DNA of 64,000 nt from Amphiscolops sp. MND2022 (GCA_964187785.1 OZ076409.1:11286001-11350000); one strand, 5' to 3'. Positions 38,930-52,644 are shown, numbered from the stretch's first letter. Notes: generated by a model not told the origin, from the sequence alone. Made by a program: numbers and translations.

Positions 38930-39600
38930 AACAGATGAACGAAAAGGAAATGTGTCCAAATCATCAATGCTTGAACTCTATGTTTTGATCACTTGTTCAA
39001 TTTCATTTCAAATAACTCTTTGTCATATTGATCAAAGTATTTTAATTTGCATTTAAGCAATCGGTCCATATTAAATATGACCGTTGCTGTACTCTTGAAT
39101 CAACTGTCATGACAGCGAACAAAGCAACAGAATCATGAATATAGTTAACCACTAAATCATCCAGAAAGTTTCCACTTTTTTCAAAAATTGCAGCAGTTCG
39201 CAACCTGTTGTGTACAGCATGTTGTCGCCTGCATATTAATTTTTTCTCCCATAAGTCGAAACAGAAGGTGGCATGTCATTTACGTAGAGAACAAACAACG
39301 AAGAACCAAGAACAATTCTTTGGAGCATTGCTTGATACCACCAGTATATCCAATCTGATTGAACATTTTCCCGAACAATTTTTTGTGGCCAAATCATGAT
39401 TAAGCTTTCAAGTAACTGCACTTAATGTTTCAAGTAAACCAAACCTAAGTGCCTTGTGTTTTTAGAGAGAAAAAAGTCGAATGCTGGCGATGAAACTGAA
39501 AAACAGCGGAAAGAAATTTCGCTTAATGGGATCTGAATTCTTTCCAACGATGGATAAAAACGCGTCATTTGAGACAAAGTTTGATTGAAAACCAAACTGT
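38930..39600 (-). mobile_element. Non-LTR (LINE) reverse transcriptase remnant (duplicated at ~41111-41781)
   Basis: LQRIVLGSSLFVLYVNDMP (cf. PQGSVLGPLLF.LY.NDLP), followed by frameshifted YAGDN (cf. YADD). Confidence 0.7.
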
Positions 39601-39971
39601 TTTCGGTTTATGGCTACGTTATTTTCATAAAATGCTCCAATCGAAATAATCTAGTGGCAATGAGCGAGAATTATCTGCATCATTATTTTTGACAACCCCT
39701 GACACTGGCGCCAATAACTGTCCCGGTTTGTTTCCAATTATTGCAATTGCCATTTTGAAAAGAATGAATAATTGCTATTGCTAAACGAAAATAAATTATT
39801 GCCATGGATAAAATGCAAATATTTAAAAATAAATCATTATTTGAACATCCCTGATTGTACATATTACAATTCACATCTCTAGGCTGCCAATTAACCAAAA
39901 AACCTTCGAAACGGTCGTCGAAGAAGTCAAAATCCGAGCTTTTTTCGGACGGAGAGTTTTGGAACTTATTA

Positions 39972-40442
39972 TTTTTAGGAGTCGGAAAAAATTTTCGACT
40001 ACTTATGCAATCGTGTTGTTTTTTTTGTTTTTTTTTCTCCCGACCTTTTCATGAAAATTTCAAATTTCTCAAAAACTGTCCATACGATTTTCACGAAATT
40101 TTGCACAGTCATTCTACACCCAAAGGGGCCCCTGCGTGTGCAAAGGCATCAAAATCGTATGGCTGGGATGTGAGAAACATAGCCAAAATTAGCCCAAAAA
40201 TGGCCAAAAAACAGCCATTTTTCGACTTTTTTCGATTTTCTCAAAAACTGTCCATACGATTCGAACGAAATTTTCTACAGTTATTCTACACCATATTAGA
40301 GTCCTATATGTGCAATGGCATCAAAATCGTATGGCTGGGATGTGAGAAACATAGCCAAAATTAGCCCAAAAAAGGGCCATTTTTCGACTTCAGAAAAAAA
40401 AGACCTAAGCCGACTCCTTTACCGCACATGCGGCTCTGGTTT
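39972..40442 (+). mobile_element. Helentron/DINE-1-like element, second family (copy at 42153-42623)
   Basis: T-run + aggagtcgg at the 5' end; ccgactcct + hairpin ccgca-ca-tgcgg + ctctggtt at the 3' end; internal ~177-bp tandem repeat. Confidence 0.65.
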
Positions 40443-43400
40443 GGTAATCTTGGGGAAGTGATTCAATTGCTTCGGTACAAACAAAGTTTTATCAAAAGAC
40501 CAGATTTTTCAATCATCTTCATTGTGTTACCAAGTTTCAATTGGTGCGTATATTTTATCAGGTATCAGCGTTTTCGCGATTTGATTAGAGGCTTTGACAG
40601 GGCATCATTCCATATTTCAGACAATCATTTCAGATAATAGTTTTGTTGCCCTAGCACAAGAATCAGTTGCGGTTTGATTGAGTCTGGTAAACTTGACCCT
40701 CGATGTATTCAACATTTGTAATGATCTCATCCGGAAAAAAACTATGAGGCGTTGCTAACCTCAAATGATTTGGAGATAAGAGCCTGGCTAACGCTAGCTG
40801 ACTGAATTAAGTGCAATAGAAAGAATTGACAACAAACTTTAAAATGGCGTATCATGATGAAGGTATCGTAACTGAACTAGCGGGTGTTGCTACTGTCACG
40901 GTTAAACTGTTACCAGGTACATGACATTTTACGTTTTGATTACTTCAGTCTTACGTAATATGGATACATATAATCTACCACAAGACTACTGCAGCTTTTT
41001 AAAAAGAATCAGTTGAAGAAAAGACTGTATTAGTTCCAATACGTACAGCATCACTTCAACATTCAACACTTTAAGTTTGACTGAGTTTCACTCAGTTACC
41101 CTCCGACAAGAACAGATGAACGAAAAGGAAATGTGTCCAAATCATCAATGCTTGAACTCTATGTTTTGATCACTTGTTCAATTTCATTTCAAATAACTCT
41201 TTGTCATATTGATCAAAGTATTTTAATTTGCATTTAAGCAATCGGTCCATATTAAATATGACCGTTGCTGTACTCTTGAATCAACTGTCATGACAGCGAA
41301 CAAAGCAACAGAATCATGAATATAGTTAACCACTAAATCATCCAGAAAGTTTCCACTTTTTTCAAAAATTGCAGCAGTTCGCAACCTGTTGTGTACAGCA
41401 TGTTTTCGCCTGCATATTAATTTTTTCTCCCATAAGTCGAAACAGAAGGTGGCATGTCATTTACGTAGAGAACAAACAACGAAGAACCAAGAACAATTCT
41501 TTGGAGCATTGCTTGATACCACCAGTATATCCAATCTGATTGAACATTTTCCCGAACAATTTTTTGTGGCCAAATCATGATTAAGCTTTCAAGTAACTGC
41601 ACTTAATGTTTCAAGTAAACCAAACCTAAGTGCCTTGTGTTTTTAGAGAGAAAAAAGTCGAATGCTGGCGATGAAACTGAAAAACAGCGGAAAGAAATTT
41701 CGCTTAATGGGATCTGAATTCTTTCCAACGATGGATAAAAACGCGTCATTTGAGACAAAGTTTGATTGAAAACCAAACTGTTTTCGGTTTATGGCTACGT
41801 TATTTTCATAAAATGCTCCAATCGAAATAATCTAGTGGCAATGAGCGAGAATTATCTGCATCATTATTTTTGACAACCCCTGACACTGGCGCCAATAACT
41901 GTCCCGGTTTGTTTCCAATTATTGCAATTGCCATTTTGAAAAGAATGAATAATTGCTATTGCTAAACGAAAATAAATTATTGCCATGGATAAAATGCAAA
42001 TATTCAAAAATAAATCATTATTTGAACATCCCTGATTGTACATATTACAATTCACATCTCTAGGCTGCCAATTAACCAAAAAACCTTCGAAACGGTCGTC
42101 GAAGAAGTCAAAATCCGAGCTTTTTTCGGACGGAGAGTTTTGGAACTTATTATTTTTAGGAGTCGGAAAAAATTTTCGACTACTTATGCAATCGTGTTGT
42201 TTTTTTTGTTTTTTTTTCTCCCGACCTTTTCATGAAAATTTCAAATTTCTCAAAAACTGTCCATACGATTTTCACGAAATTTTGCACAGTCATTCTACAC
42301 CCAAAGGGGCCCCTGCGTGTGCAAAGGCATCAAAATCGTATGGCTGGGATGTGAGAAACATAGCCAAAATTAGCCCAAAAATGGCCAAAAAACAGCCATT
42401 TTTCGACTTTTTTCGATTTTCTCAAAAACTGTCCATACGATTCGAACGAAATTTTCTACAGTTATTCTACACCATATTAGAGTCCTATATGTGCAATGGC
42501 ATCAAAATCGTATGGCTGGGATGTGAGAAACATAGCCAAAATTAGCCCAAAAAAGGGCCATTTTTCGACTTCAGAAAAAAAAGACCTAAGCCGACTCCTT
42601 TACCGCACATGCGGCTCTGGTTTGGTAATCTTGGGGAAGTGATTCAATTGCTTCGGTACAAACAAAGTTTTATCAAAAGACCAGATTTTTCAATCATCTT
42701 CATTGTGTTACCAAGTTTCAATTGGTGCGTATATTTTATCAGGTATCAGCGTTTTCGCGATTTGATTAGAGGCTTTGACAGGGCATCATTCCATATTTCA
42801 GACAATCATTTCAGATAATAGTTTTGTTGCCCTAGCACAAGAATCAGTTGCGGTTTGATTGAGTCTGGTAAACTTGACCCTCGATGTATTCAACATTTGT
42901 AATGATCTCATCCGGAAAAAAACTATGAGGCGTTGCTAACCTCAAATGATTTGGAGATAAGAGCCTGGCTAACGCTAGCTGACTGAATTAAGTGCAATAG
43001 AAAGAATTGACAACAAACTTTAAAATGGCGTATCATGATGAAGGTATCGTAACTGAACTAGCGGGTGTTGCTACTGTCACGGTTAAACTGTTACCAGGTA
43101 CATGACATTTTACGTTTTGATTACTTCAGTCTTACGTAATATGGATACATATAATCTACCACAAGACTACTGCAGCTTGTTCACGTTTTTCAGGGCAAAA
43201 AATTTTTTTCAGTTCAAAAATTTGTTGTTATTTCACTTGAACAATTTCTTCTCGCGAGAACTAACAGTCTCTCGTTTAGCCATAAATCTAAGAAAGAATT
43301 CAGCAGAAAGGATGTGAACTGAAGGAAAGAGGAAGAAAATTTTGTAACGGCAAGCGCTAAGTGGAGGAACTGATATCATGGATATAGTCCGGGACAAACC

Positions 43401-45141
43401 ACCATGACACCAGCTCATTTTACCTCCTATGGTTGCCGGTCCCGAGGAGGGGGAACCGTCTTAGCGAACGCTCTCTGTGGCCTGATACAAGTCTGTTACT
43501 GCTCGAGAATACGAGAATTGCACTGGGATTTGCAACCACCGGATAAATTAGCTTATAAAAACTTATTGTTCGTTGATAATTGAATTTGCTCCTGTGGGAA
43601 TCTCTTTACAAACAAACTTAATGATCGACACAAAATAGCAATAGCCCTCAGGCATATTATGATCTAAACACAGAAAAAAGCAACACGCAAATTATGATAA
43701 AACAGTCCAGTTTGTCGAAATAGTGGATGTCGGGTAGTTCTGGCAACAGCGTTCGAGCTGGGCACAACCCCGGGCATGGGCAGTTTCATCGGAAACACTG
43801 GGTTTTTCACCGAAAAACACAGAACTCTGTGGGCAAAACTATGGTTTCGCACGTTTTCGCTACTGTGTACAGTCGGTTCTGTTGGTCGTCTCGCGAAGCG
43901 GCTTTTTTGACCTTTGCTCTGCAGTTTTCGGCGCGGTTCTTCGTCAAAAACATGCTCAGGATGCCGCGTCACATTTGAACGATTTTTTTCAAAAACTGTC
44001 AAATTTAGGTTGGTCATTGGATGTCGTTACATCACTCCCAGGATTTTAGGCATGACGTCCCTGTCACGCGGAGAAGCTGGCATCGAAAACATCTCCATAT
44101 CATCATTGCAATCCACTGGGAGTTCAAACTGATGTTGCAAGGGTAAGTGGCACTCTCATTTTTCGCTGATCGGGCAACCTTGAGGTCTTGCTTCCTGTCA
44201 TCCACAGATCATGCAACGTCCACAAACTGTTGGAACAGAGCTACCTCTCGAGCTTGAAAACAAGTACTCAAAAATGCGCCTTCAAATTGATCAAATCAAA
44301 AACTCTGTACATCAATCTAAGAGCACCAATTTGTAAGCACCAGTTTTCTGCAAGAGATTTATATCTGAATTTGCTAGCATTTTGACTCGAGACGTTTCAA
44401 CTTTCTTTTACGGAACTCTCAACTTCCGTGGCGCACGCAGTTCTCATCACAAAATTTTTCCACGGCAGTAAAATTCCAGTTGGCAGAAAGTTGCAGATGT
44501 TTCGATGAAACTTCTTTTCAGCAGAAAAACCACTGTTTAAAAGGAAACAAGCTGTTTTTCTATACTTCTTTGTTCACAATTCGGGTTGGTTTGAGCAACA
44601 CGCACTGACATGCAGCCTCATACATCTATAGAGTACAGTTGCATGTGATAAGGAGCGCATCAAAAGAAAACTACAAATTGCTCGTAAGTGTAAGCACTGG
44701 ATCGAAGGTTGCTGCCTGAAGGACGTATTTGAAGCAGGAAGTCTAATATTGAGGACTATGGAGACAGGCTATGTCTCAAGGCTGGAATAGCTAATCGGAG
44801 GGCGATCACGCCTATGTCCCTTCGGTTGGTGCGACCATGGTAGTATCTTGGTATCATGCCAGCACTTTTTGCCATGAACGTTTACAAGAACTGCGCGGTG
44901 TTCGACCACGTGTATGTCCAGCTGGTCGAGTTTTCGCTGAACCGCCAGGCAACCACGTGATTGAGATTGGTAGGTCCACCAAAACAAAATCCTGCAGACC
45001 ACGTCTATCATTAAATTCGGCAGCAACTGAAAGGTTGATAATACGGAGTATGTTCCAGGGAAGAAAAGGTTGCAAGCCGAATTCATTTGAGTTTTCGATA
45101 GATGGTCTTGAAGGAGGTTAGGTGTTGATGCAGTTTCAACT

Positions 45142-45678
45142 TCAAACACAGAAGAGAATCCTCGTTCCAAAATTTGTTGCAGAGCATGAATTTGGAATTA
45201 AGGGAACCCCCTCCCCCTCAATTGATGAGATAGTGGAAGGTGATATTAGCGGCTCATCTTTCCTATCACTTGTGCAGAGGTTGCTCTTGAGCAATCCATT
45301 GTCACCAGCGTGGTACAGAGGGGAACATTGGCAATGCCCATGGTTGTAGTGTCCAAAGGTATTGAGGCTAACTCCAAATCTTTTGTCGGCAATGTCATTG
45401 GTTCTGCTTCGACGTCGTTTGGAATTTATACACTTCTGAGGTGTACCTGTACATCTGCACTTATCGAGCGCAATTTCCTCTCTGCGTAGTCCGCTTTGAG
45501 CCAACAAGACAAATACCTTTTCCATTTGCTGCTCCAGAGCCCCCAATTTTTGGTTCTGTTCCTTATCAATCTGAATACTGGTTCTATGGAGAGGAGACAT
45601 TCTCGACGACGATACTGAACTAGGACTGGAAGCACTTATGTTCCTCTCGGGCTCGGTAACTCGCGAGTTACCTGCCAC
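45142..45678 (-). CDS. Unknown ORF (178 aa) inside the LTR element
   Basis: Longest internal ORF. The frame continues upstream past one stop toward a possible acceptor near 45856. No family recognised. Confidence 0.3.
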   Translation of the reverse strand: MAGNSRVTEPERNISASSPSSVSSSRMSPLHRTSIQIDKEQNQKLGALEQQMEKVFVLLAQSGLRREEIALDKCRCTGTPQKCINSKRRRSRTNDIADKRFGVSLNTFGHYNHGHCQCSPLYHAGDNGLLKSNLCTSDRKDEPLISPSTISSIEGEGVPLIPNSCSATNFGTRILFCV

Positions 45679-46724
45679 TAAATCTAGAAAGTCGGAATCA
45701 ACATTGAAAATGCCCTCCAGTGGTCAGTCATCCACATTAAAACCCTCCAATCTCATTGATCGGCTATGTTCATCTGCCATTTGGAATTCAATTTCCGCGA
45801 TTAATTGCACTGCACTGACACCTTCTCCCAGGATACAATACACAGGATATCACAACTGTTGGTAACAAAAAGATATGATCCAGCAAGTAAGTACACTCGA
45901 TACTGATCGAAAATCACAAGTACAGCAAAGTGTTCACGAATAGGAGTTCAGACTAAGGGTTGCTACAGGTTTTTAGCACGTAAACTTGGCTTTTACTTCC
46001 ACTTTCCCAATTTTCGTCTCGGTGAAATTTAAACTGAAACAATTAATATGCACGTCCGATAAGTGTCGAAATGGCTTCCAAGGGTCGTAGCAAATTCAAA
46101 CTCTTTCAGGCATTTGTTACCAACCCACAAGCCCAAAAGGTGAGCTTGGTTTAAAGCCACATTTTCTCTGAGACAAGCACGAGTTGTTTTCCACAAGCTA
46201 TTCTCGGAGGGTACAACAAAAACACAAGTAGCTCGTATTCGTCACTGTGGAGTCAAATCTGGCTCAAAAATATCCAAAGGACCCTGCACCTACGTAGGTT
46301 GGAATTGAGCATCGATTTGGGCTCCGGGGCTGGCACACTGTTTCACCTCGGTACAGACATGCGGTACCCCTATGAATCAGTAGGAGTAAAATTGCAACCT
46401 TATCGCACAATTTCCGAGTTATGATTTCGCGGTCTGCGTTTTTCGATGCCGTTTTTCGGTAACAATGCACCAACTAGCAAACGTTATGTCAGGGGGCTGG
46501 AATTCATCCCCACCTTTCGGCCAAGGTGTTCTGGCACTTCCAAGTCATATCGAAAAAATCGCCTATTGGCAACTCTTTTGTGCAGTGCGTTTTCGTTAAT
46601 TGCTCAACAAATACTGCTTTTTATGGCACAGCACTTGGTAGGCACTGTCAATGAGAACACACATTTCTGATTCAACCGTCGGATGGAAGCTCAAGAGCTT
46701 ACCTGTTATTCCGATTGTGTTACG

Positions 46725-47527
46725 GCAGGTAGAATAGGGCTACCGTGTTGTCCCACTAACCACAGCACTGCCACAAGCCCCCAACTAGCTGTGCTCCTTG
46801 GGTAAAAGGCAGTATCGGTCTTACAGTTTTGGCTTTTTTCGGCTATTTTAGTTCTTTCTGACATTCTCGACTTTTCTCGACTTTGAACAGCGCTAGGCTC
46901 ACCAACTTTTCGGTTCTTATTTAAAAGATAGTTGGGAATATCTTATCACTTTTAAGGTAGAGTTATCAAATCGATGACCCAACCATGATATTAGGACAGT
47001 CCCGTTTTTGTCGAAAATGGTAATTTTCAGTGCGTTTTGCAATTTTCTCAACACTGAAAAGAAGAATTTTCACATGCGGTTTTCACTCAAACACGTTGCT
47101 TCATTTTAAAAACAAAAAAACGCGCAGGTAGAATAGGGCTACCGTGTTGTCCCACTAACCACAGCACTGCCACAAGCCCCCAACTAGCTGTGCTCCTTGG
47201 GTAAAAGGCAGTATCGGTCTTACAGTTTTGGCTTTTTTCGGCTATTTTAGTTCTTTCTGACATTCTCGACTTTTCTCGACTTTGAACAGCGCTAGGCTCA
47301 CCAACTTTTCGGTTCTTATTTAAAAGATAGTTGGGAAAATCTTATCACTTTTAAGGTAGAGTTATCAAATCGATGACCCAACCATGATATTAGGACAGTC
47401 CCGTTTTTGTCGAAAATGGTAAATTTCAGTGCGTTTTGCAATTTTCTCAACACTGAAAAGAAGAATTTTCACATGCGGTTTTCACTCAAACACGTTGCTT
47501 CATTTTAAAAACAAAAAACGCGCAGGT
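46725..47527. repeat. Tandem duplication, ~399-bp unit x2
   Basis: gcaggtagaatagggctacc at 46725 and 47124; GCAGGT microhomology again at 47522. Confidence 0.95.
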
Positions 47528-50500
47528 GCCCCAATAGCGAATGAGGCTCGCACTATAGAGGTTTTAGCAATGCACTCTACAACGACCAAAAACGTCTAAC
47601 ATTACAAGTTTTTCATTTGTCCACGATTCCAGAAATGGTTAATCTTGCAATAAAAGTTATCATCAGTGTCGTAGGGTTGCGTTTCGCTCGGGACACTACA
47701 GTAGACCAGTTCATCAGGGTTTTTGACTTGTCACACTTGTGTTTTTAGGTGACATTTCGATCTTTCTTCCACTTTTCGCACATTTTTACAATAAATCCAA
47801 CATTTGTGTGCTTCAAAGAGCCGTAGCAACTGTCGCCACTAAAGTTGCAAACCCTCTCAGGGCTTGAGGTTGCTTTTACGCTACTTTTCACAAGGTTGTT
47901 TAGGACTTACGGAGTACGAGTGCTCCAACCAAAGAAAACACCACGAAAACTCGAACATTTGCTATTTTTGCAGAAAATCTGTTTTTTTTTTCGCTCAAAA
48001 TCGTACTACAGGCTGCACCAACATTTCGTCTCGGAAAAAGGTGCACTTTCAAAATTTTCGCGAACCATGACCCATCTGAGCGACACTTCTGGTCGAAGGG
48101 GTGCACATTCACCACGCTTATTCGCCACATCCAGACCAGCTAGAGAAACGCGGTTTAGACCATTAACACTGTCAGCACGTGCTACCACTGTTCACCAGAA
48201 CTTATCCCTCTCAGGCGTCTCCTCGAGAAACGGGAAACAACAAATCAGAACACTCCATTTCACCTCTTCGTCGCTCTAGTGGAGTTAGGCTTTCCACCCA
48301 TCTGCCGCTGTCTTGCACAGCTCAAAAAGCCAAAAATAGCTGTAAATTCCACTTCAACACACGCAGCGACGTGCTACAGTCACATCTACCTGCAAACAAC
48401 ATACCCGATGATGGATTAACACACACGCAACTTACATCTACCGGTATTTCTCCTGAAAGTGTCATGATAGCACCTAAAAACGGGCTTTTTTAGGTTTTTC
48501 TGGGTCCATTCCGTTCAAACTCCCAAAGAAATACTGTCGTCAAAGAAGAAGGAAAATTCCGTCTCTCCTTGCTTCCACAGAGTCGAAACTGTCTTGGCGC
48601 TGGATACCAGTGGGCCAGATCTTTTGAAATCCTTGCAGGAAAACTTCCAGAGGCGATCCTGTGGTCGCCAAAAAATGAGGTTTTTTGCTACGGCAAGTGC
48701 TAAGCGTTTGTCACGTGACAAAATAGTGGAGGAATTGATGTCATGGATATAGCCGGGACAAACCACCATGACTCCGTCTCATTTTGCCTCCTAAGTGTTG
48801 TCGGTCCCGAGGAGGGGGAACCGTCTTAGTGGACGCCTTCTGGCCTTATACCAGTCTTTTACTGCTAGAAATTACGGGAATTGCACTGGGATTTGCACCC
48901 CCCATCGCTCGTAAAAACTGATTGTTCGTTGTTACCTGAATTTGCTCCAGTGGGATCTCCTTAAAATGAAATGTAATAATCGACAAAATATCAATCGCCC
49001 TCGAGCATATTAAGATCTAAACACAATAAAACAACACGCAAATTATGATAATACAGTCCAGTTCGTCGAAATAGTGGATATCGGGTCATTTTGCCACCAG
49101 CGCTCGGGCACGGGCAGATTCTTCAAGCTGTCATCGGAAACACTGGGTTTAGCACCGAAAAATAGAGGATTCTGTTGGGAACACCATGGCTTTGCACGTT
49201 TTCGCTACTGTGTACAGTATGTTCTATTGGTCGTCTCGCGAGGCGGCTTTTTTGACCTTTGCTCTGCGGTTTTCTGGCAGGTACTTGGTCAGAAACTCAG
49301 GATGCCACGTCAGATTTGAACGAATCTTTCAAGAACTGTCAAAATTTCGTTGGTCACTGGATGCCGTTACATACATTTGATTCATGGTTTAGTATCAATG
49401 GTTGCTTTATTACGTTTCGTTTTTAGAACGTTTTCATGGCCTGAGTGAAATCTTTGTTTCCTATAATTTGTCAAAATTTAAGCAAAAATAACCACTCTTC
49501 TCATTCATTTTAACTCTTCTCGTTTTTGTTTCGATCTTCAATACGTGTCAATTTATTTTCCAAAAAAAGTCGCACATCCCCTTGATACAAAAGTAATACC
49601 AATTTTTTAACAGAGTGAACAGTTTCGCGAATTCTTGACAAAATAATTCTGTACACAAACTCCTAATTGGGTTTATATGTTTATTAATTCCAATATTTTC
49701 AGATTCAAAATCAACTCAATTCGATAGGGTGACTAAAATACATAAATGAACATGACTGCAAATGAACAAGGCTGCAATTTGGCATTTGATATTACCTGGA
49801 ACTTAGGCCCTAACTGAAACAAACACGTGAATAGAGCGATACGGAGCATGCAATATGTAATCTAGTTCAGGGTTGAAACGTTCTGTTGCTCAGTAAATCT
49901 CTTATTGAGCTGATTGAACGCAATTAGCTTAGTGGCCTCGATTTACTGTTTGAATATTGAATTTATTGAGCTGGTATCTTTAGGTAAGAGGTGTTGTTTT
50001 TGAGAAATACGACAAAGTTCTACGATGGACGTAGATTTGCTAATATGGCGAGTTTTCTCACAAATTTTTCAGATGACTTTTCAACAGGATTTTCTGTTTC
50101 TCGAAACTACGAACGAGAACGAAGATTAGTTTTTCTGGATCCGTCCTCAGTTTTCATTGAACAAAAAATCTGTGATCATTCCGGTTTTCATTCATGCGTT
50201 GGTGCAGATTCTATTGAATATTTTCAACTGAAAAATGACAGATTTCATTTTTTGTATGTTTTCATACAACTTTTCCTTCAGTATCGACTCAATTTCGCAA
50301 GATAAACCTGATTTTGTTGTTTCGAATGAGTACGGGCTTCTTCCGAGGCCGTTTCGATTATGATAGTGAAAATTGTAAACTTGCCTTCTTTGCAGCTTTG
50401 GTTGTAGTAGTTTACTTGAAGACTAGTAACCACAGGAATGTTTTCTACAGGTTCCATTATCAAATACTTTTTCTGGGTACTTCGACAGAAATTTTGATAG

Positions 50501-50599
50501 AGGTTGCTGATTGCCTAACGAGGAAATTATAATACTTTTTACAATATATTTTTAATATATTTTTAAAGAGGGCCTGGGGTGGATCAGGCATGGGATCAT

Positions 50600-50756
50600 C
50601 CCCGGCCATCAATGGAAACCCAAGTTTACGTACCATGGCTTTACATTCATGAATCATGGGTGCGCCATGCCGAGAATTGTTCCATGACAGGAAATCCATG
50701 ATTTATGGATCATAATGGATGAAAAGCCATGAATGAGCCATGATGGTGAACCGGGG
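50600..50756. mobile_element. Small CATG-rich MITE-like element
   Basis: Imperfect TIR ccccgg…ccatca / tgatggtgaaccgggg with many ccatg/catgg motifs. Confidence 0.4.
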
Positions 50757-50799
50757 AATCTTCCGAGGATCAGTTTGGGCTCATACTAAAATAAGGAAA

Positions 50800-51450
50800 A
50801 AGATTTTTGGCCCAAACTTCGAGATGAAATGTTAACACGTTCGGGGAAAACTGGATCTGATATCTAATAAAATCAAGCTCTGTTATCTTCTAAGTTAAAT
50901 GATTTGAGTTCAACTTTATAGAACTAATGTTGGCAATTGAGTCGCGTACGTTGATATGACTTGATCCGAACTTTCTGATCAACTTTCGAAGCAAACTCCG
51001 AGTATCAGAGTTGATAAGAGAAACAAAGGTGATGGTCTTAGATTTTCCTTTAATAGGTGAGCTTTATTCGAGAACTTCTGGAAAAGTTCAGCTTCATTTT
51101 GTTGTTCATTTGACTCCAATCTAAATTTTGGTCAGTTTGTTAACCTCATTAAACATTCGGATTTTGATTTCTTTCAGTCGTATGGATTATAGCCGAACAG
51201 GCTTAACGAAGAAAAGTGTTATAGCAGAAAAGGATTGAATTGTGAATTTTGATTGGCCAAACTCTTTGAGAAAGTTAATGTTCAATTTCTTTTTCTATGA
51301 TGTCACAATTAGATGCAGTAAGAAGAATTGAAGTTAAGGTATGTAGATTCGGTTATAATCTCGAGCGGCTATAATCCTGTTCGGCCAAAGTCACTGTCAC
51401 TGAGTCGTTCAGTTGTGACCGATTTCATGATATACTCGTGGTTATTTTCG
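50800..51450 (-). mobile_element. Possible highly decayed LINE RT fragment
   Basis: LDWSQMNNKMKLN resembles the post-YADD W…N.M.LN motif; little else is recognisable. Confidence 0.25.
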
Positions 51451-51567
51451 GTCAAATTGTGACTTGTTGAAGCTGACAATGAACTTGTTTCCAAACAAGT
51501 CGTTTACCCAACAAGGCATTTCTTGATGAACTGGTTTAAACTGAAAGCTGAAACATGTTTCACATAG

Positions 51568-52376
51568 CCCTGGTCGAGAAAAAATGCGTTCCTTGCAAGG
51601 ATCTTGCAAGATCCTTGTAAAAATGCAATTACTTGTAAGATCTTGCAAGGAAATTTGTTCCTTGCAAGATCTTGCAAGGAAATGTTTTCCTTGAAAGATC
51701 TTGCAAGGAAATGTTTTCCTTGAAAGATCTTGCAAGGAAATTTTTTCCTTGAAAGATCTTGCAAGGAAATGCTTTCCTTGCAAGATTCTTGAGTTCAATG
51801 TACTTCATACTGAGAAATTATGTGAGAAACGTAGTCGTGATTTGAGAATAATGTCAAAAACGTTAATAACTATTATTTCAGAAGGGTAATTTAACAAATT
51901 GAAAAATAATTTCAATCGAAACATTATGCACAGTCTAATTTCAAATCAATAACTAGAACATAACACAATTGGTTGGAAAAAATTTTCAGAATACTCTGAA
52001 ACTGTATTTTAAATGTTGCGTCACAGAAATGTACTATTACTTTTCAAATAACTTCACTAAGATCACACTTTTAGAGATATTTTCTAGAGTTTGCATCTTT
52101 TTGGTGGTTGAATCCTCTAGTAAGTAAACCCCGTTCTGTGACAGAATCTAATAGTCACGATGCAGTAGTCAACTTGAAGTCAAAAACAATGAATATAAAA
52201 AATAGAAAAATTATTTCACCTTCCAAGAAATTTTTCTCCTTGGAAGAATCTTGCAAGGAAATTTTTTTTCTTGCAAGATTCTTGCAAGATGTCTTGCAGA
52301 AAAATGCATTATCTTGCAAGACCTTGAAAGAAAATCTTGCAAGATCCTTGCAAGGAGCGCATTTTTTCAACCAGGG
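51568..52376. mobile_element. MITE with ~45-bp TIRs and arrays of palindromic CTTGCAAG repeats
   Basis: ccctggt…aaaaatgcg.tccttgcaaggatcttgcaagat is inverted at both ends; ATAG flanks both sides (51564-51567, 52377-52380). Confidence 0.88.
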
Positions 52377-52644
52377 ATAGTTCACATGTTTTGTTTTAAA
52401 TGCTTGCGGGGAAAAAGCGATCATGCCATTTTAGTAAAGGCTTGTTTTTCAAAAAACAAATAACATCAAATCAAAAACCCAGCAAAATTTCTCGGGAATA
52501 AAAATACTTTAATCCTGATACATGTTCACAAGTCTTTGATTCGATCCAATTTTTTCGTCTTTGAAAAGAAACTGGACTTCGGAAATTATTGATATATCAA
52601 AAAATTCAATGATGCTTTTAGCTTTGCAATCCGATTACTTCTCG

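Larger units (their letters stand above)
38814..43178. repeat. Tandem duplication, 2181-bp unit x2
   Basis: ORF pairs are offset by exactly 2181. I spotted only two substitutions by eye. CTT microhomology at 38814, 40995 and 43176. Confidence 0.97.
43343..49371 (-). mobile_element. Non-autonomous LTR element (LTRs 43343-44031 and 48686-49371) without recognisable gag/pol
   Basis: Two diverged ~690-bp direct repeats with TGTAACGGCA…TG(T/C)CGTTACA ends. PBS-like TGGCGACCACAGG (48670-48658) and PPT-like GGGAGTGA (44039-44032) on the minus strand. No TSD found. Confidence 0.75.

Noticed and set aside
39855..40364. 169-aa ORF present twice
   Set aside because: It lies across a Helentron-like repeat with internal tandem units; its identity to 42036-42545 comes from the duplication.
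38814..43178. 2181-bp repeats as an LTR pair
   Set aside because: The copies are head-to-tail with no internal region or TG…CA ends, and they cut through unrelated elements.
43425..43470. HDV-like ribozyme (minus-strand CCCTCCTCGGG)
   Set aside because: The loop is too short and I could not build P1/P2/P4 pairings; it is better explained as conserved LTR sequence.
51590..51790. CRISPR-like array
   Set aside because: No unique spacers or cas genes, eukaryotic context, and the repeats are MITE arms.
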